Below the pieces are notes generated by a model that ran no database searches, was not told the DNA's origin, and saw nothing but the letters and a program-made list of their open reading frames with translations. The position numbers and the translations under genes were made by a program. Positions 30,763-41,464 of a stretch of DNA of 64,000 nucleotides are shown piece by piece. The DNA lies in contig OZ239628.1 in assembly GCA_965195345.1 (NCBI GenBank), forward strand, positions 1,056,001-1,120,000, in the 5' to 3' direction. This DNA is from an uncultured Thiomicrospira sp. (GTDB taxonomy: Bacteria > Pseudomonadota > Gammaproteobacteria > CAKMZV01). Within the stretch, counting starts at the first letter, position 1; the number at the start of each line of letters is the position of its first letter.

Positions 30763-32009
30763 GATGCCTTTACAATACCTTGAGTGGAATTTATCATTTT
30801 GGGAAGCACTTTTCCTTTAATAGTGTTGCGGTCAACTATAATTTTAGCCAATTTTTTATTTGATGGTGCTTCGTACATTGTATCTAATAAAGCATTCTCT
30901 AGAACTGTTCGAAGTCCACGTGCGCCTGTGTCACGTTTCAATGCTTCCTTCACTACTTCTTTGAGGGCAGAATCGGTAAATTCAAGGGCAACGTTATTTA
31001 TAGAAAACAATTTTTGATATTGTTTGATCAGTGCATTTTTAGGGCGTGTTAATATTTGCAAAAGCGCTTTTTCGTCCATTGGTTGTAGAACAGCATGTAT
31101 TGGCAGGCGACCAACGAATTCAGGAATTAACCCAAAACGCATCAAATCACCATCTCTAACATCTTGCGAACGCATTTTGAATACATTCTTCTCATTGCTG
31201 TCAAATTTCGCATTGAATCCAATTCGGTGATTGTTTTCTAATCGTTCTGCTACAATTTTATCAAGCCCATCAAATGCTCCACCGCATATAAACAATATGT
31301 TAGCAGTGTCTATTTGAATGACTTCTTGATTAGGATGCTTGCGTCCCCCCTTAGGTGGCACGCTGGCAACAGTCCCTTCAATCAATTTAAGCAGTGCTTG
31401 TTGAACACCCTCACCAGAAACATCACGGGTAATGGAAGGATTTTCTGATTTTCTGCCAATCTTATCAATTTCATCAATGAAAATGATTCCTTTTTCTGCT
31501 TTTCCAGCATCGTAGTCACAAGATTGAAGTAATCGAAACAAGATACTTTCGACATCATCACCGACATAACCTGATTCGGTCAAAGTGGTTGCATCTGCAA
31601 TTGCAAAAGGAACTTCAAGGAAGCGTGCAAGCGTTTGTGCAAGAAGTGTTTTCCCACATCCCGTTGGACCAATTAAGAGAATGTTACTTTTGTTTAACTC
31701 AATCTCATCACTAAAGTTTTTGTTGCTATTCAAACGTTGATAGTGGTTATATACAGCAACTGACAATAACTTTTGAGCTTCCTCTTGTCCAATGACATAT
31801 TGCCCAAGCATAGTTTTTATTTCTTGAGGAGTGGGTAATACGCTCGGTTCTTCAGAGACTTCTTCGTTTTTTCCGATGATAATCTCGGTGCAATAATCAA
31901 CGCATTTGTCACATATAAAAGCGGATGAGCCCGCAATGATTTTTTGTGTCTCTTTTTGAGATCTTCCACAAAAAGAACAATTAATGGGTTTATTTTTTGA
32001 TTCGGACAT
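30759..32009 (-). CDS. clpX: ATP-dependent Clp protease ATP-binding subunit
   Basis: CSFCG...CDKC Zn finger, [26 protein letters not shown] loop. Confidence 0.97.
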   Translation of the reverse strand: MSESKNKPINCSFCGRSQKETQKIIAGSSAFICDKCVDYCTEIIIGKNEEVSEEPSVLPTPQEIKTMLGQYVIGQEEAQKLLSVAVYNHYQRLNSNKNFSDEIELNKSNILLIGPTGCGKTLLAQTLARFLEVPFAIADATTLTESGYVGDDVESILFRLLQSCDYDAGKAEKGIIFIDEIDKIGRKSENPSITRDVSGEGVQQALLKLIEGTVASVPPKGGRKHPNQEVIQIDTANILFICGGAFDGLDKIVAERLENNHRIGFNAKFDSNEKNVFKMRSQDVRDGDLMRFGLIPEFVGRLPIHAVLQPMDEKALLQILTRPKNALIKQYQKLFSINNVALEFTDSALKEVVKEALKRDTGARGLRTVLENALLDTMYEAPSNKKLAKIIVDRNTIKGKVLPKMINSTQGIVKAS

Positions 32010-32056
32010 AAATATTCTTATTAATATTGTTTGTTTTCAATGGTTTTATTATTAGG

Positions 32057-32086
32057 ATTATAAGTGATTTAACTTCATTTATACAA
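32057..32086 (-). promoter_or_regulatory. Sigma70-type promoter upstream of clpX
   Basis: Minus strand TTGTAT (32086-32081), 18 nt, TATAAT (32062-32057). Confidence 0.55.
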
Positions 32087-32232
32087 GTAAATTAGAGCTA
32101 AAACAATGGCTATTTTACTCTTCATGCATTTATTGCTCTAAAGGTAATTTGATGACTGCATCTAATAGAATAGTAAATACTCATAGTCTCTAATGGATTA
32201 ACGAAGTTATATGGTTTTCCACGCTTCAATTT

Positions 32233-33162
32233 TTATTTGAAAGATTTGGCAATACAGAGCAGCCTTTGATGAAGAATCTTGTCTATTTCCAAAACAATTA
32301 TCCCTGCTGTGAAAACGCATGCGATCCCTAACAAACTTATAAGATCTAAATGATTATTAAAAAAAGTTGCCCCAAAAATTGCAGAAAATATAATATATGA
32401 ATAATCAAATGTTCCAACAACGGAAGGATTTCCTTTTTGATAGGCTGTAGAAGAGAAAACGCTGTACCCGACTACTAATATACTCATCAAGGTTAACCAA
32501 AAATAGTCGATTGCATGAAGCATTTTCCAAGGAGCCAGAAGGAATGGGAATTCTTGAGCTGCTGTTTCTTCAAATGGAAAAAAGAAAACATAAATGCTTA
32601 TGATTATGCAAAACACGAGCATTATAAAATTGAAGCCAAAAGCCAGGTGCAAAGGCTCTTCCTTTTCCAATTTAAATTTAGTAATCAACATAACGATCGC
32701 ATAAATTATAGCGCTGATAAAAGGGAGCAGAAGATACCATGAAAATGTTGCGCTTCCGGGCTTAAGAATGGCAACAACGCCCAACAGTCCAAAAGACACA
32801 CCAATCCATAATCGCAACTTCACCTTTTTTTTGAAAATAATAGTTGAGAAAAAAGTAATAAATAATGGCGCAGTATAAAGTCCTACAGCGGCTATAGCCA
32901 GTTGTAATTTAGGCAATGCCGTAAAGTATAAAATTAAGAGAGAAACCAGTAAAAAGGAACGAAGAAAAATTATTTTTAGGTTCAGTGCGCGCATGCTTAT
33001 TTTTTGAATGCGTATTAATAAGTATATCCATGTAACTGCTAAAACGGATCGAATGGTTCCTAATTGCCACATTGACATGTGATCCGCAAGGAATTTAACG
33101 ATAACATCAGAACTGGCTATAAGGAATGTTGCCGTTATAATAGCAAGCACGCTTTTATTCAT
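32233..33162 (-). CDS. DMT/EamA family transporter
   Basis: About 10 TM segments, TAPLFIT, GLLGVVAILKPG, FDYS. Confidence 0.85.
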   Translation of the reverse strand: MNKSVLAIITATFLIASSDVIVKFLADHMSMWQLGTIRSVLAVTWIYLLIRIQKISMRALNLKIIFLRSFLLVSLLILYFTALPKLQLAIAAVGLYTAPLFITFFSTIIFKKKVKLRLWIGVSFGLLGVVAILKPGSATFSWYLLLPFISAIIYAIVMLITKFKLEKEEPLHLAFGFNFIMLVFCIIISIYVFFFPFEETAAQEFPFLLAPWKMLHAIDYFWLTLMSILVVGYSVFSSTAYQKGNPSVVGTFDYSYIIFSAIFGATFFNNHLDLISLLGIACVFTAGIIVLEIDKILHQRLLCIAKSFK

Positions 33163-33361
33163 TATTATTTAAATGCTTTAGTATGGTCTTGAAGAGAATA
33201 TTTCTGGTGTTATACTTTTGATGTTGATGTATTCTACTCCTCCTTTTCGATTGAAGCGTTTAAAGATTTGAATTTAAGGTGTCTACATGGTAATTGCCTG
33301 AACGTTTAATTAATTGGTGATTTAATATTTTAGTAGCTCTAACTCTAAGAAAGATCAGATA

Positions 33362-34633
33362 ATGATAAGAAAGACAATCAAACTAATTGTTCCTTTGCTG
33401 ATAGTAGCCGGTGTTTTTTCAGGATATAAGTATCTACAAACTTTTAAAAAAGCACCGAAAGAAAATGTCAGCAAGGAAATTGTATACAACGTTGATTCAC
33501 TTTTAGTCGCACCATCAGACCATATACCTGTTCAACAACTTTATGGGCAAGTTAACAATCAAAAAATAGTGACTTTAGCCGCTCCAAGCGCAGGTGAAGT
33601 ACAAAAAGTTTCGGTATCTTCAGGCGAATGGGTGTCACAGGGGAAAGAGTTAATTGCCCTACATGATTCAGACTTTGATTTACGCATTAATCGAGCGAAG
33701 GTGGGGATTTCTGAAACGAACGCTACCATAGAAAAAATTGATCTTGATAGTGAAAGTTTAAAAAAGCAATTGAGCCGTCAACTTAAACTATTAGACTTGT
33801 TTGAAAGGAAATTCACTAGGGAACAAAGCATGAATTTGAAAAAATTCAGCACTCAAGAGCGGCTTGAAACAGCTGAGCAAAATTATTTACAGCAGTCTTT
33901 AGTTGTAGATCAAGTAGAAGATAATATTGAAGCATTGCAAGTTCAGAGAAGCAGGGCGCAGGCGGATGAAGAACGCAAGAAAATTGAATTGGAAGATGCG
34001 TATACGCTTAAAGATAGAAGTGTGCGTATATCCAATGAAGATTCTTTGATATTAGAAGTTTTAGTACAATCTGGTGCGACAGTTAATGCGGGAACCCCAT
34101 TAATTAGAATGATGGCATTGAATGATTTTGAGGTGGTAGCATCATTAATTGGCGCTCAAGCAATCAAAATTATTGAAGCTTTGGAGAAGGGTGAAGAGGT
34201 ATTGGCAAATGTTACATATCTAGGGAAGCTGCTCAGATTTAAGTTGGCTAGAATTCAAGGCAGTGCCGATAACGGCAGTCTGGTCGGCGTTTTTATACCC
34301 CTCAGTAGAGAAAAAGAGGATTTGAAGCTTCTGCGTCTCGGCATTTCTTTGCCAATCGATTTGTATCGTCCGGTTGAACCAAATTCAATTGGGGTGCCAT
34401 TTTCAGCTTTGTACGGAAGAGATAAAGTATATGCCATACAAGAGAACAGATTAAAAGAAGTGAAAGTTTCTTTTTTAGGAGTGATTGAAGTTCCAATACA
34501 GAATGAAAAAATGCAACTTTGGGCTTTAGTTAGGTCATCAGAAATAATCGATAGAACAGAAATTCTCACAACCTACTTGCCCAATGCGGCGAACGGCATA
34601 GCTGTTAAAAAAGTATATTCGCAAGATCAATAG
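33362..34633 (+). CDS. RND efflux periplasmic adaptor (membrane fusion protein)
   Basis: N-terminal anchor, lipoyl-like halves (GEWVSQGKEL / GATVNAGTPL) around a long coiled coil; abuts the RND permease. Confidence 0.8.
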   Translation: MIRKTIKLIVPLLIVAGVFSGYKYLQTFKKAPKENVSKEIVYNVDSLLVAPSDHIPVQQLYGQVNNQKIVTLAAPSAGEVQKVSVSSGEWVSQGKELIALHDSDFDLRINRAKVGISETNATIEKIDLDSESLKKQLSRQLKLLDLFERKFTREQSMNLKKFSTQERLETAEQNYLQQSLVVDQVEDNIEALQVQRSRAQADEERKKIELEDAYTLKDRSVRISNEDSLILEVLVQSGATVNAGTPLIRMMALNDFEVVASLIGAQAIKIIEALEKGEEVLANVTYLGKLLRFKLARIQGSADNGSLVGVFIPLSREKEDLKLLRLGISLPIDLYRPVEPNSIGVPFSALYGRDKVYAIQENRLKEVKVSFLGVIEVPIQNEKMQLWALVRSSEIIDRTEILTTYLPNAANGIAVKKVYSQDQ

Positions 34634-37600
34634 ATGAACCAAAAAGGATTTTTAGCCACACTTGCACAACACAAAGTAGCAGCTAATGTACTTATGCTAC
34701 TTATGTTTTTATCTGGTTTTTTTGCTTTAAAGCAGTTGAATCGCCAATTTTTCCCTACCTTCAACCTTGACGTGATTTCAGTGCGTATTAATTGGCAGTC
34801 GGCAAATTCTGAAGATATCGAACGTTCTATAACCATTCCAGTAGAAAAAGCACTTCGTAATGTAAACAGCCTCAATAAAATGACATCATCATCGGTTTTA
34901 GGTGGTTCGTTTATTACTTTAGAGTTTACCGAAGGTACGGATATGCCTCAGGCATTGGAGCAAGTTAAACAACTTGTTTCTGAAGTTCGCAATTTACCGT
35001 CTGATTCAGAAACAGCAGTCATCAATCGCGTAACACGTTATGAAAATGTTGGACGTATCCTTCTTTCTTCAAAATCGTTGGGTCTAGACGAATTAAGGGT
35101 ATATGCCTACAGAATTGAAGATTATTTGCTCAAAGAAGGCGTTGACAGAGTTAATTTTGTTGGATTGCCAAACCTACAAATGATTATCCGATTAGATAAT
35201 CAACAATTAGAAAATTATGATTTGACCATATCAGACATTGCCAGATCTGTGGCAGCCTCCAGTCGTGATATACCTTTAGGGTCTTTAGGTGGTAATGACT
35301 CTGAACGCGATTTACGTGTTCTCGCTCAAGGAAGAAGTATTGATGATTTCTCCTCCATTGTTATCCGCTCACGATTGGATAAGTTAATCACATTGGGTGA
35401 CATAGCTACTATTCATAGAGAACCCATAAAAAACCAACCTTTGCTCTATGTTGACAATAATAACGCCATCGAAATGATTGTTCAACGTCAAGAAGGTGGA
35501 GACACATTAGAAACAAGCAAAATTATTCAGGAATGGGAAGCGCAGGAAACAGCTGCTTTGGCATCGCAGGTGCAGATCAAAGTTTTTGACAAACGGTGGA
35601 AGTCTTTAGAGGATCGAATTGGTGTTTTGCTTGAAAACGGCATCAGTGGTATGGTCTTAGTGGTTTTGCTACTGTATCTATTCATGCATGGAAGAGTTGC
35701 TATTTGGGTAGCCATTGGTATACCAGCCTCTTATTCTTTGGCTTTGTTGGTTTTATATCTCATTGGTGGATCTATCAACATGCTGACATCTTTTGCATTG
35801 ATTATGTGTCTGGGAATTATTGTTGATGATGCTATTGTAGTGAGTGAAGAGGCGTTGCAAAATTTTGAGAAGGGAATGGATGCGAGAAAATCAGTTTTAC
35901 TGAGCATCGAAAAAATGTTCCCTCCCATCTTAGCCTCATCATTAACAACCGTAGCTGCTTTTTTACCACTGACTTTTATAGGTGGGACGTTTGGACAAAT
36001 TTTGATCGCGTTGCCAATCGTTACTATCTGTGTCATTGCCGCTTCGCTTATTGAAAGCTTTCTTGTTTTACCAGGACACTTAAATCATTCTTTTTCAAAG
36101 ATTAAATCAATCAATAACAAGGTTTTTTTTCGAGAACGTTTTGAGAATGGGTTTTATGCCGTACGTGACAATATGTTTATTCCATTGCTAAAAATTTGCC
36201 TTTCTAATCGTCTTAGCGTGTTGGTGATTAGTTTTGGAGCATTAATCTTGAGTCTTGGTATGTTGACTTCAGGTCTTCTGAAGTTTGAGTTTTTCCCTTC
36301 ACCTGAAGGAAGAAAGGTTTATATGCAAGCGAAATTTGCCGCTGGAACATCATCTGGCAAAGTGCAAGACTACCTTGTTGTTGCAAATGAAGCATTAAAT
36401 AAAACGCTTGATGAATTAGGAGAAGATATTGTTTCAGTTAGGGTGCAACGCGTTGGTCTTGGGGCGGGAAGTAATGCTATTCAAGCAAGCAATTATGGTT
36501 CTATCTTTGTTGAATTGATAGAGTCGGATTTGCGGAAAACGCGTAATGAGACATTTCTACAAACATGGAGGCGGCATTTACCCGAATGGTCTGGTCTGAT
36601 AGACGTTACCATGTCGCAAAGAAGAGTTGGTCCCCCAGGGAAAGATTTGTCTATTCGTCTTATCGGCGATGATGTTATTCAAGTGAAAAAAGCCGCTGAA
36701 GAGTTGATTATTGTTTTGCAGAATATAGCTGGGATAGAGAATGTTTTCGATGATTTACCTTACGGAAAAGATCAGTTGCTGTTTGAGTTAACACCCCAAG
36801 CTGTTTCTCTAGGTGTTACTGTTGGTGATTTGAGTGCACAAATTCGTAGTGCATTCTCTTCTCAATTAGTGCAAATTTATAATGAAGGAAATGACGACAT
36901 TGAGGTCCGAATATCTCTGCTTGAAGATCAAACTGATAATTTGGCTACGTTAGAAAATATTAATGTTGCACTGCCTAACGGAGGCTCAGCTCCACTGGCA
37001 AATCTTGTAAATTGGAAGAGCAATAATGGTTTTCAATCAATTCGACATTTTGATGCGAGAGCCGCCGTCGAAGTACAAGCAGATATTGATAAAAAGATAA
37101 CCAGCTTCGATGATGTGCGGACACTTTTGGTCAATGAAAAGCTAAGCGCTATTGTAAGTAAAAACAATGTACAGTGGGCGTTCTCTGGCAAAGCATTGGA
37201 GCAAGGGGAAACGTTTGCTGATATGAAGGTAGGAGGGTTATTAGGTTTAGCTTTGATTTACATTATTCTAGCGTGGATTTTTTCTTCGTGGGGTTGGCCC
37301 GTACTGGTTATGGCTATTATCCCTATGGGGTTGATAGGTGCCGTTTTAGGGCATTGGGCAATGGACATAAATTTAACTATTTTGTCCATATTTGGTTTAT
37401 TTGGTTTATCTGGGATAGTGATCAATGACTCAATCATTTTGGTAAGCGCATATCGAAAAATCCGAGATGCTGGAGCACACTATAAAGATGCGTTAGTTGA
37501 AGCAGTAAGAATTCGATTCAGAGCGGTATTGCTAACATCTTTGACAACGATAGGTGGTTTAATCTTTGGCAATCTTTGCTCCTTGACGTCCTATTTGTCC

Positions 37601-37877
37601 CCAAAAATACACGCCGATGTAAAAGAGTGGAATGCCAGTTAAATAGAAAATAAAGATATTCAATGGTAACGATTCTGTATAGTTTGCCGCCAAAAAACCA
37701 GGAGGTACATTATTGTTTGAGACTTCACGTCAGGCACAATTTTTAATTCCAATGGCCGCTACAATAGCTTTTGGGCTGGCAGTTTCTCCTGTTCAACTAT
37801 CCATTTACGAACAAGTAGTATTTTGGTTTAAGGATAAAAAATCAGTCATTGCTGAATCTGAGAAATTACCTGACTAA
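34634..37877 (+). pseudogene. AcrB/AcrD/AcrF-family RND permease disrupted near its 3' end
   Basis: GIIVDDAIVV and RFRAVLLTSLTTIGGL. The frame then enters a 147-bp insert and stops at 37642; the native tail LLFETSRQAQFLIPMAATIAFGL resumes out of frame at 37710 and stops at 37877. Could be an assembly artefact. Confidence 0.75.
37562..37708 (+). repeat. 147-bp exact direct repeat, copy 1 (inserted in the RND permease)
   Basis: ATCTTTGGCAATC...CCAGGAGGTAC, identical to 37942-38088. Confidence 0.95.
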
Positions 37878-38451
37878 CACCTGAATACAATAGATACAAG
37901 GCAAAAATTCCTAGAAGGGAGGCATTAAAATAACTTAGTTTATCTTTGGCAATCTTTGCTCCTTGACGTCCTATTTGTCCCCAAAAATACACGCCGATGT
38001 AAAAGAGTGGAATGCCAGTTAAATAGAAAATAAAGATATTCAATGGTAACGATTCTGTATAGTTTGCCGCCAAAAAACCAGGAGGTACTCCGATCCAAAC
38101 TTTTGGATTTGTCCAAGAAACTAAGGACATGGCTTTCCAGTTAAAGTTAAATTTTGCTTTATTGGCACCTTTAGCAACGACTATTTTCCAAGCAAGATAA
38201 AAAATAATGACCGATCCTATAAAGTAAAGAGCAGTGAAAATATTTTCATTCAATTCGCCTACCAAACCGATAACAAGTCCGATGATGGTAATAATTGGAA
38301 GCCAACATACTAGTATGTAAATGCTGTAGTTCTTATAGATATGGGAAAATGAAGTGTGGCTTGATGTTTCCATTATAGCTGTCCAAAATGCACCTGCTGT
38401 AAATACAAAAGTGAGCCAGAATATGAAAGTAGCTGCCAAGGATTCGATCAT
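37846..38451 (-). CDS. LysE-family translocator
   Basis: About 200 aa and hydrophobic, IGSVIIFYLAWKI, WTNPKVW; start likely the ATG at 38451 (MIESLAATF). Confidence 0.7.
   Translation of the reverse strand: MIESLAATFIFWLTFVFTAGAFWTAIMETSSHTSFSHIYKNYSIYILVCWLPIITIIGLVIGLVGELNENIFTALYFIGSVIIFYLAWKIVVAKGANKAKFNFNWKAMSLVSWTNPKVWIGVPPGFLAANYTESLPLNIFIFYLTGIPLFYIGVYFWGQIGRQGAKIAKDKLSYFNASLLGIFALYLLYSGVSQVISQIQQ
37942..38088 (+). repeat. 147-bp exact direct repeat, copy 2 (native copy inside the LysE gene)
   Basis: Identical to 37562-37708 at an offset of 380 bp; in frame within the LysE CDS. Confidence 0.95.
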
Positions 38452-38787
38452 GTTTTTATTAATTAGGTAATAGAGGAATATCTTTTTAAGGGCTGTCTTT
38501 ATCAGGAATAGCAGCAAATATTTTTCCCTATGGTGGCTTACTATTAGTGCATTCAGAAAGCTGTAAGGGTAAAAGGTATTCTAACAAATTCATTTACAAT
38601 TTAAGTAACTATCAATTGTTTTCAATAATATATCATTAAAAGTTACGCGAAAGAAAATACGCCACTAAAATAAGATATTTTGTTTCGGCTTAATCAACAG
38701 CTTGATAGTACCTTATTGCTGTAAAATACGCTTAGTATCTAATTTTTACAAATCTATAATCCTAACGGCTACAAATTTCATTTCGAG

Positions 38788-40041
38788 ATGTCTAGTTTAC
38801 AATCTTATATAAATACAGTGGGCTTAAAGGCCAATAAAGCAGGAGAGGCAATTGTTTCTGCTGATTCTGAGAAAAAAAACAGTGCCTTGTTGGCTATTGC
38901 AAATAATCTTGATTTGAATAGGTCTGCTTTGAAGGAAGCCAATGAAAAAGACTTACAAAATGCTACTGCAAATAATGTGAGCGCTGCTTTGATTGACCGA
39001 TTACAGTTTGACGATAACATAATTGATGCAACAATTACCAGTCTACACGAAATAATAGCACTTGCTGATCCTATTGGGGAAGTCAATGACGTGAAGCCCC
39101 GCCCTTCAGGTATAAGCGTTGGGACGATGCGAGTACCTTTAGGTGTGATAGCAATTATCTATGAGTCAAGGCCAAATGTAACGGTAGATGCTGCAGCTTT
39201 ATGCTTAAAGGCAGGAAACGCTTGCGTATTGAGGGGTGGATCCGAAGCGTTGAATTCAAATAAAGCCATCGCTCGTTGCATTCAATTGGGTCTTTTAGAA
39301 GCAAAATTACCTGCTGAAGTGGTTCAGGTAATCAATGTGACCGATAGAGAAGTAGTCGCCCAAATGCTGCGCTCTCCTCATATTGATCTGATGATACCTC
39401 GCGGAGGAAAAGAGTTGATTCAGCGAGTTAGCGAAGAAGCTATTATGCCCGTCATTAAGCATTTAGATGGTGTTTGCCATGTATACATCCATGCTAATGC
39501 AGACATAGAGAAATCAATTAACATCGCAATGAATTCTAAAACGCATCGTTACGGCGTGTGCAACGCTATGGAAACACTTCTTGTTGATGCAAAAATTGCC
39601 CCTGATGTCTTAGAGCAATTAGCAAAATTGTATAGAGAAAAAAGTGTCACGCTGAAAGGGTGCGAAAAAACTAAGAAAATAATCAAGAATATTGAAGATG
39701 CTACAGAAGCAGACTGGTTTACTGAATATTTAGCTCCTATCTTGTCTATACGTGTTGTGAGTGATATTGATGAAGCTATTACTCATATTAATCATTACGG
39801 GTCTCATCATACTGACTCGATAGTTAGCGAAGACTATTCGGTAATAAAAAGATTTTTGAAGGAAGTTGATTCAGCCTCGGTGATTGTTAATGCGTCAACT
39901 CGATTTGGAGATGGTTTTGAATATGGATTAGGAGCTGAAATAGGCATAAGCACCGACAAATTTCATGCCAGAGGACCAGTGGGATTACACGGATTAACTT
40001 CACAAAAATATGTGGTTTTTGGTGATGGACAAATACGATAA
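38788..40041 (+). CDS. proA: Gamma-glutamyl phosphate reductase
   Basis: [52 protein letters not shown]. Confidence 0.97.
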   Translation: MSSLQSYINTVGLKANKAGEAIVSADSEKKNSALLAIANNLDLNRSALKEANEKDLQNATANNVSAALIDRLQFDDNIIDATITSLHEIIALADPIGEVNDVKPRPSGISVGTMRVPLGVIAIIYESRPNVTVDAAALCLKAGNACVLRGGSEALNSNKAIARCIQLGLLEAKLPAEVVQVINVTDREVVAQMLRSPHIDLMIPRGGKELIQRVSEEAIMPVIKHLDGVCHVYIHANADIEKSINIAMNSKTHRYGVCNAMETLLVDAKIAPDVLEQLAKLYREKSVTLKGCEKTKKIIKNIEDATEADWFTEYLAPILSIRVVSDIDEAITHINHYGSHHTDSIVSEDYSVIKRFLKEVDSASVIVNASTRFGDGFEYGLGAEIGISTDKFHARGPVGLHGLTSQKYVVFGDGQIR

Positions 40042-40615
40042 TGACGAATTGTCTTTGACGGCTTATTTTGGAGGCAGTTTCGATCCGTTGCATGAAGGAC
40101 ACATTCATTGTGCTCAAGCAGTATGTGAACGATTGAAAATTGAATATCTTTATTTGTTGCCTTGTAACGCATCAAGCAATAAAAAACCTGAAATGTCCGC
40201 TAAAAGACGATTGGAATATATGCGACAAATGCTGGAAAAACAATCGAGCATGCGCATAGATAGTCGAGAATTGAATAAAGGTGGGGTAAGTTACACCATC
40301 AACACCTTGAAAGAAATACGTGGTGAAAAAAGAGATTCAATATTAGTATACGTAATAGGAGAAGATGTATTACTAACAATTGATAAATGGAAGTCTTGGA
40401 AAGACTTATTGAAATTTTGTCATATTGTTGTAATAAAGCGTCAGGGTGTTGAAGGGATAATGCCTGTCGAAGTTAATGAATGGTATGAACGACACTTTTC
40501 AGATGATGAATGGATAATAAAAAATGAGAAGAGTGGGTACATATTTTTCTGGGATGTAGATGCACCTGACATAAGTTCAACACGTATCAGACAACTTAGA
40601 AGTTTTGGCGATTAA
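40025..40615 (+). CDS. nadD: Nicotinate-nucleotide adenylyltransferase
   Basis: [30 protein letters not shown]; sits in the proA-nadD-rsfS-rlmH context; exact start uncertain. Confidence 0.9.
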   Translation: MDKYDNDELSLTAYFGGSFDPLHEGHIHCAQAVCERLKIEYLYLLPCNASSNKKPEMSAKRRLEYMRQMLEKQSSMRIDSRELNKGGVSYTINTLKEIRGEKRDSILVYVIGEDVLLTIDKWKSWKDLLKFCHIVVIKRQGVEGIMPVEVNEWYERHFSDDEWIIKNEKSGYIFFWDVDAPDISSTRIRQLRSFGD

Positions 40616-40659
40616 TGAAGCACAATTAAGCAATTAGAAAGAACAATTATTGGATTAGT

Positions 40660-40995
40660 ATGAATCAAGAACAACCGATCAAGTACCCTGAACTTATAAA
40701 TCTCATTGTCGAGACGATTGAAGCGATGAAGGGATCTGATATTACGATACTTGACGTATCAAAATTATGCAATTTCACCGACTGGATGGTTATTTCTACT
40801 GGACGCTCCTCTCGCCATGTCGTTGCCATTTCAGAAGAGATTGCTTTGCAGTATAAGAAGCATTCGTCACATATTCCATCGTCCGAAGGAGAAGAGGGCG
40901 CTGAGTGGGTCTTAGTTGATTGCGGTGACGTTATTATTCACGTAATGCAAGATGAGACGCGAGAAAGGTATGCTTTAGAGAAGTTGTGGGCTTAG
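40660..40995 (+). CDS. rsfS: Ribosome silencing factor
   Basis: WVLVDCGDVIIHVM...RERYALEKLW. Confidence 0.95.
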   Translation: MNQEQPIKYPELINLIVETIEAMKGSDITILDVSKLCNFTDWMVISTGRSSRHVVAISEEIALQYKKHSSHIPSSEGEEGAEWVLVDCGDVIIHVMQDETRERYALEKLWA

Positions 40996-41005
40996 TGTTT
41001 TCTGT

Positions 41006-41464
41006 ATGATACATATAGTTGCTATAGGAAATAAATTGCCTGACTGGATTGATAAAGGGGTGTCGAATTATCAGAAACGTTTGCACGATCCATTTACTGT
41101 AGAGGTAACTGAGATTCCCAACATTAAAAACATACGAAGCTCTGATGTGCGAAAAGTATCTGAAGGAAAAGAGATAGTGAATAAATTGCCGAAGGGCATG
41201 CACATAGTCGCACTTGATGTGGCAGGGAAAGAAATCTCTACAAAACTATTTGCTCAGCACATAGAACGTTTTTTTAATGAAAGTACGCCACCTTGTTTTA
41301 TTATTGGAGGCGCGGATGGGCTTTGTGATGAAGTGTTGCAAAGAGCCGATTCGTGTTGGTCTTTGTCAAAATTAACATTTCCTCATGCACTGGTACGTAT
41401 TATATTAATGGAGCAAATATACAGGGCAGTCAGCATCATCAAAAAACATCCTTATCATCACTGA
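41006..41464 (+). CDS. rlmH: 23S rRNA pseudouridine-1915 N3-methyltransferase
   Basis: FIIGGADG, WSLSKLTFPHALVR, EQIYRA, HPYH. Confidence 0.95.
   Translation: MIHIVAIGNKLPDWIDKGVSNYQKRLHDPFTVEVTEIPNIKNIRSSDVRKVSEGKEIVNKLPKGMHIVALDVAGKEISTKLFAQHIERFFNESTPPCFIIGGADGLCDEVLQRADSCWSLSKLTFPHALVRIILMEQIYRAVSIIKKHPYHH

Noticed and set aside
32091-32140. TTAGAGC...GCTCTAA inverted repeat between the DMT gene and the clpX promoter
   Set aside because: A 7-bp stem with a long AT-rich loop is not enough evidence for a terminator or ncRNA.
37562-37708. The 147-bp repeat as a MITE, IS remnant or CRISPR unit
   Set aside because: It is plain LysE coding sequence with two copies, no terminal inverted repeats, no target-site duplication and no spacer periodicity.
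38460-38540. SAM-II/SAM-V riboswitch call upstream of the LysE gene
   Set aside because: Only a loose topological resemblance and the conserved core nucleotides are missing; kept as a low-interest finding, not a feature.
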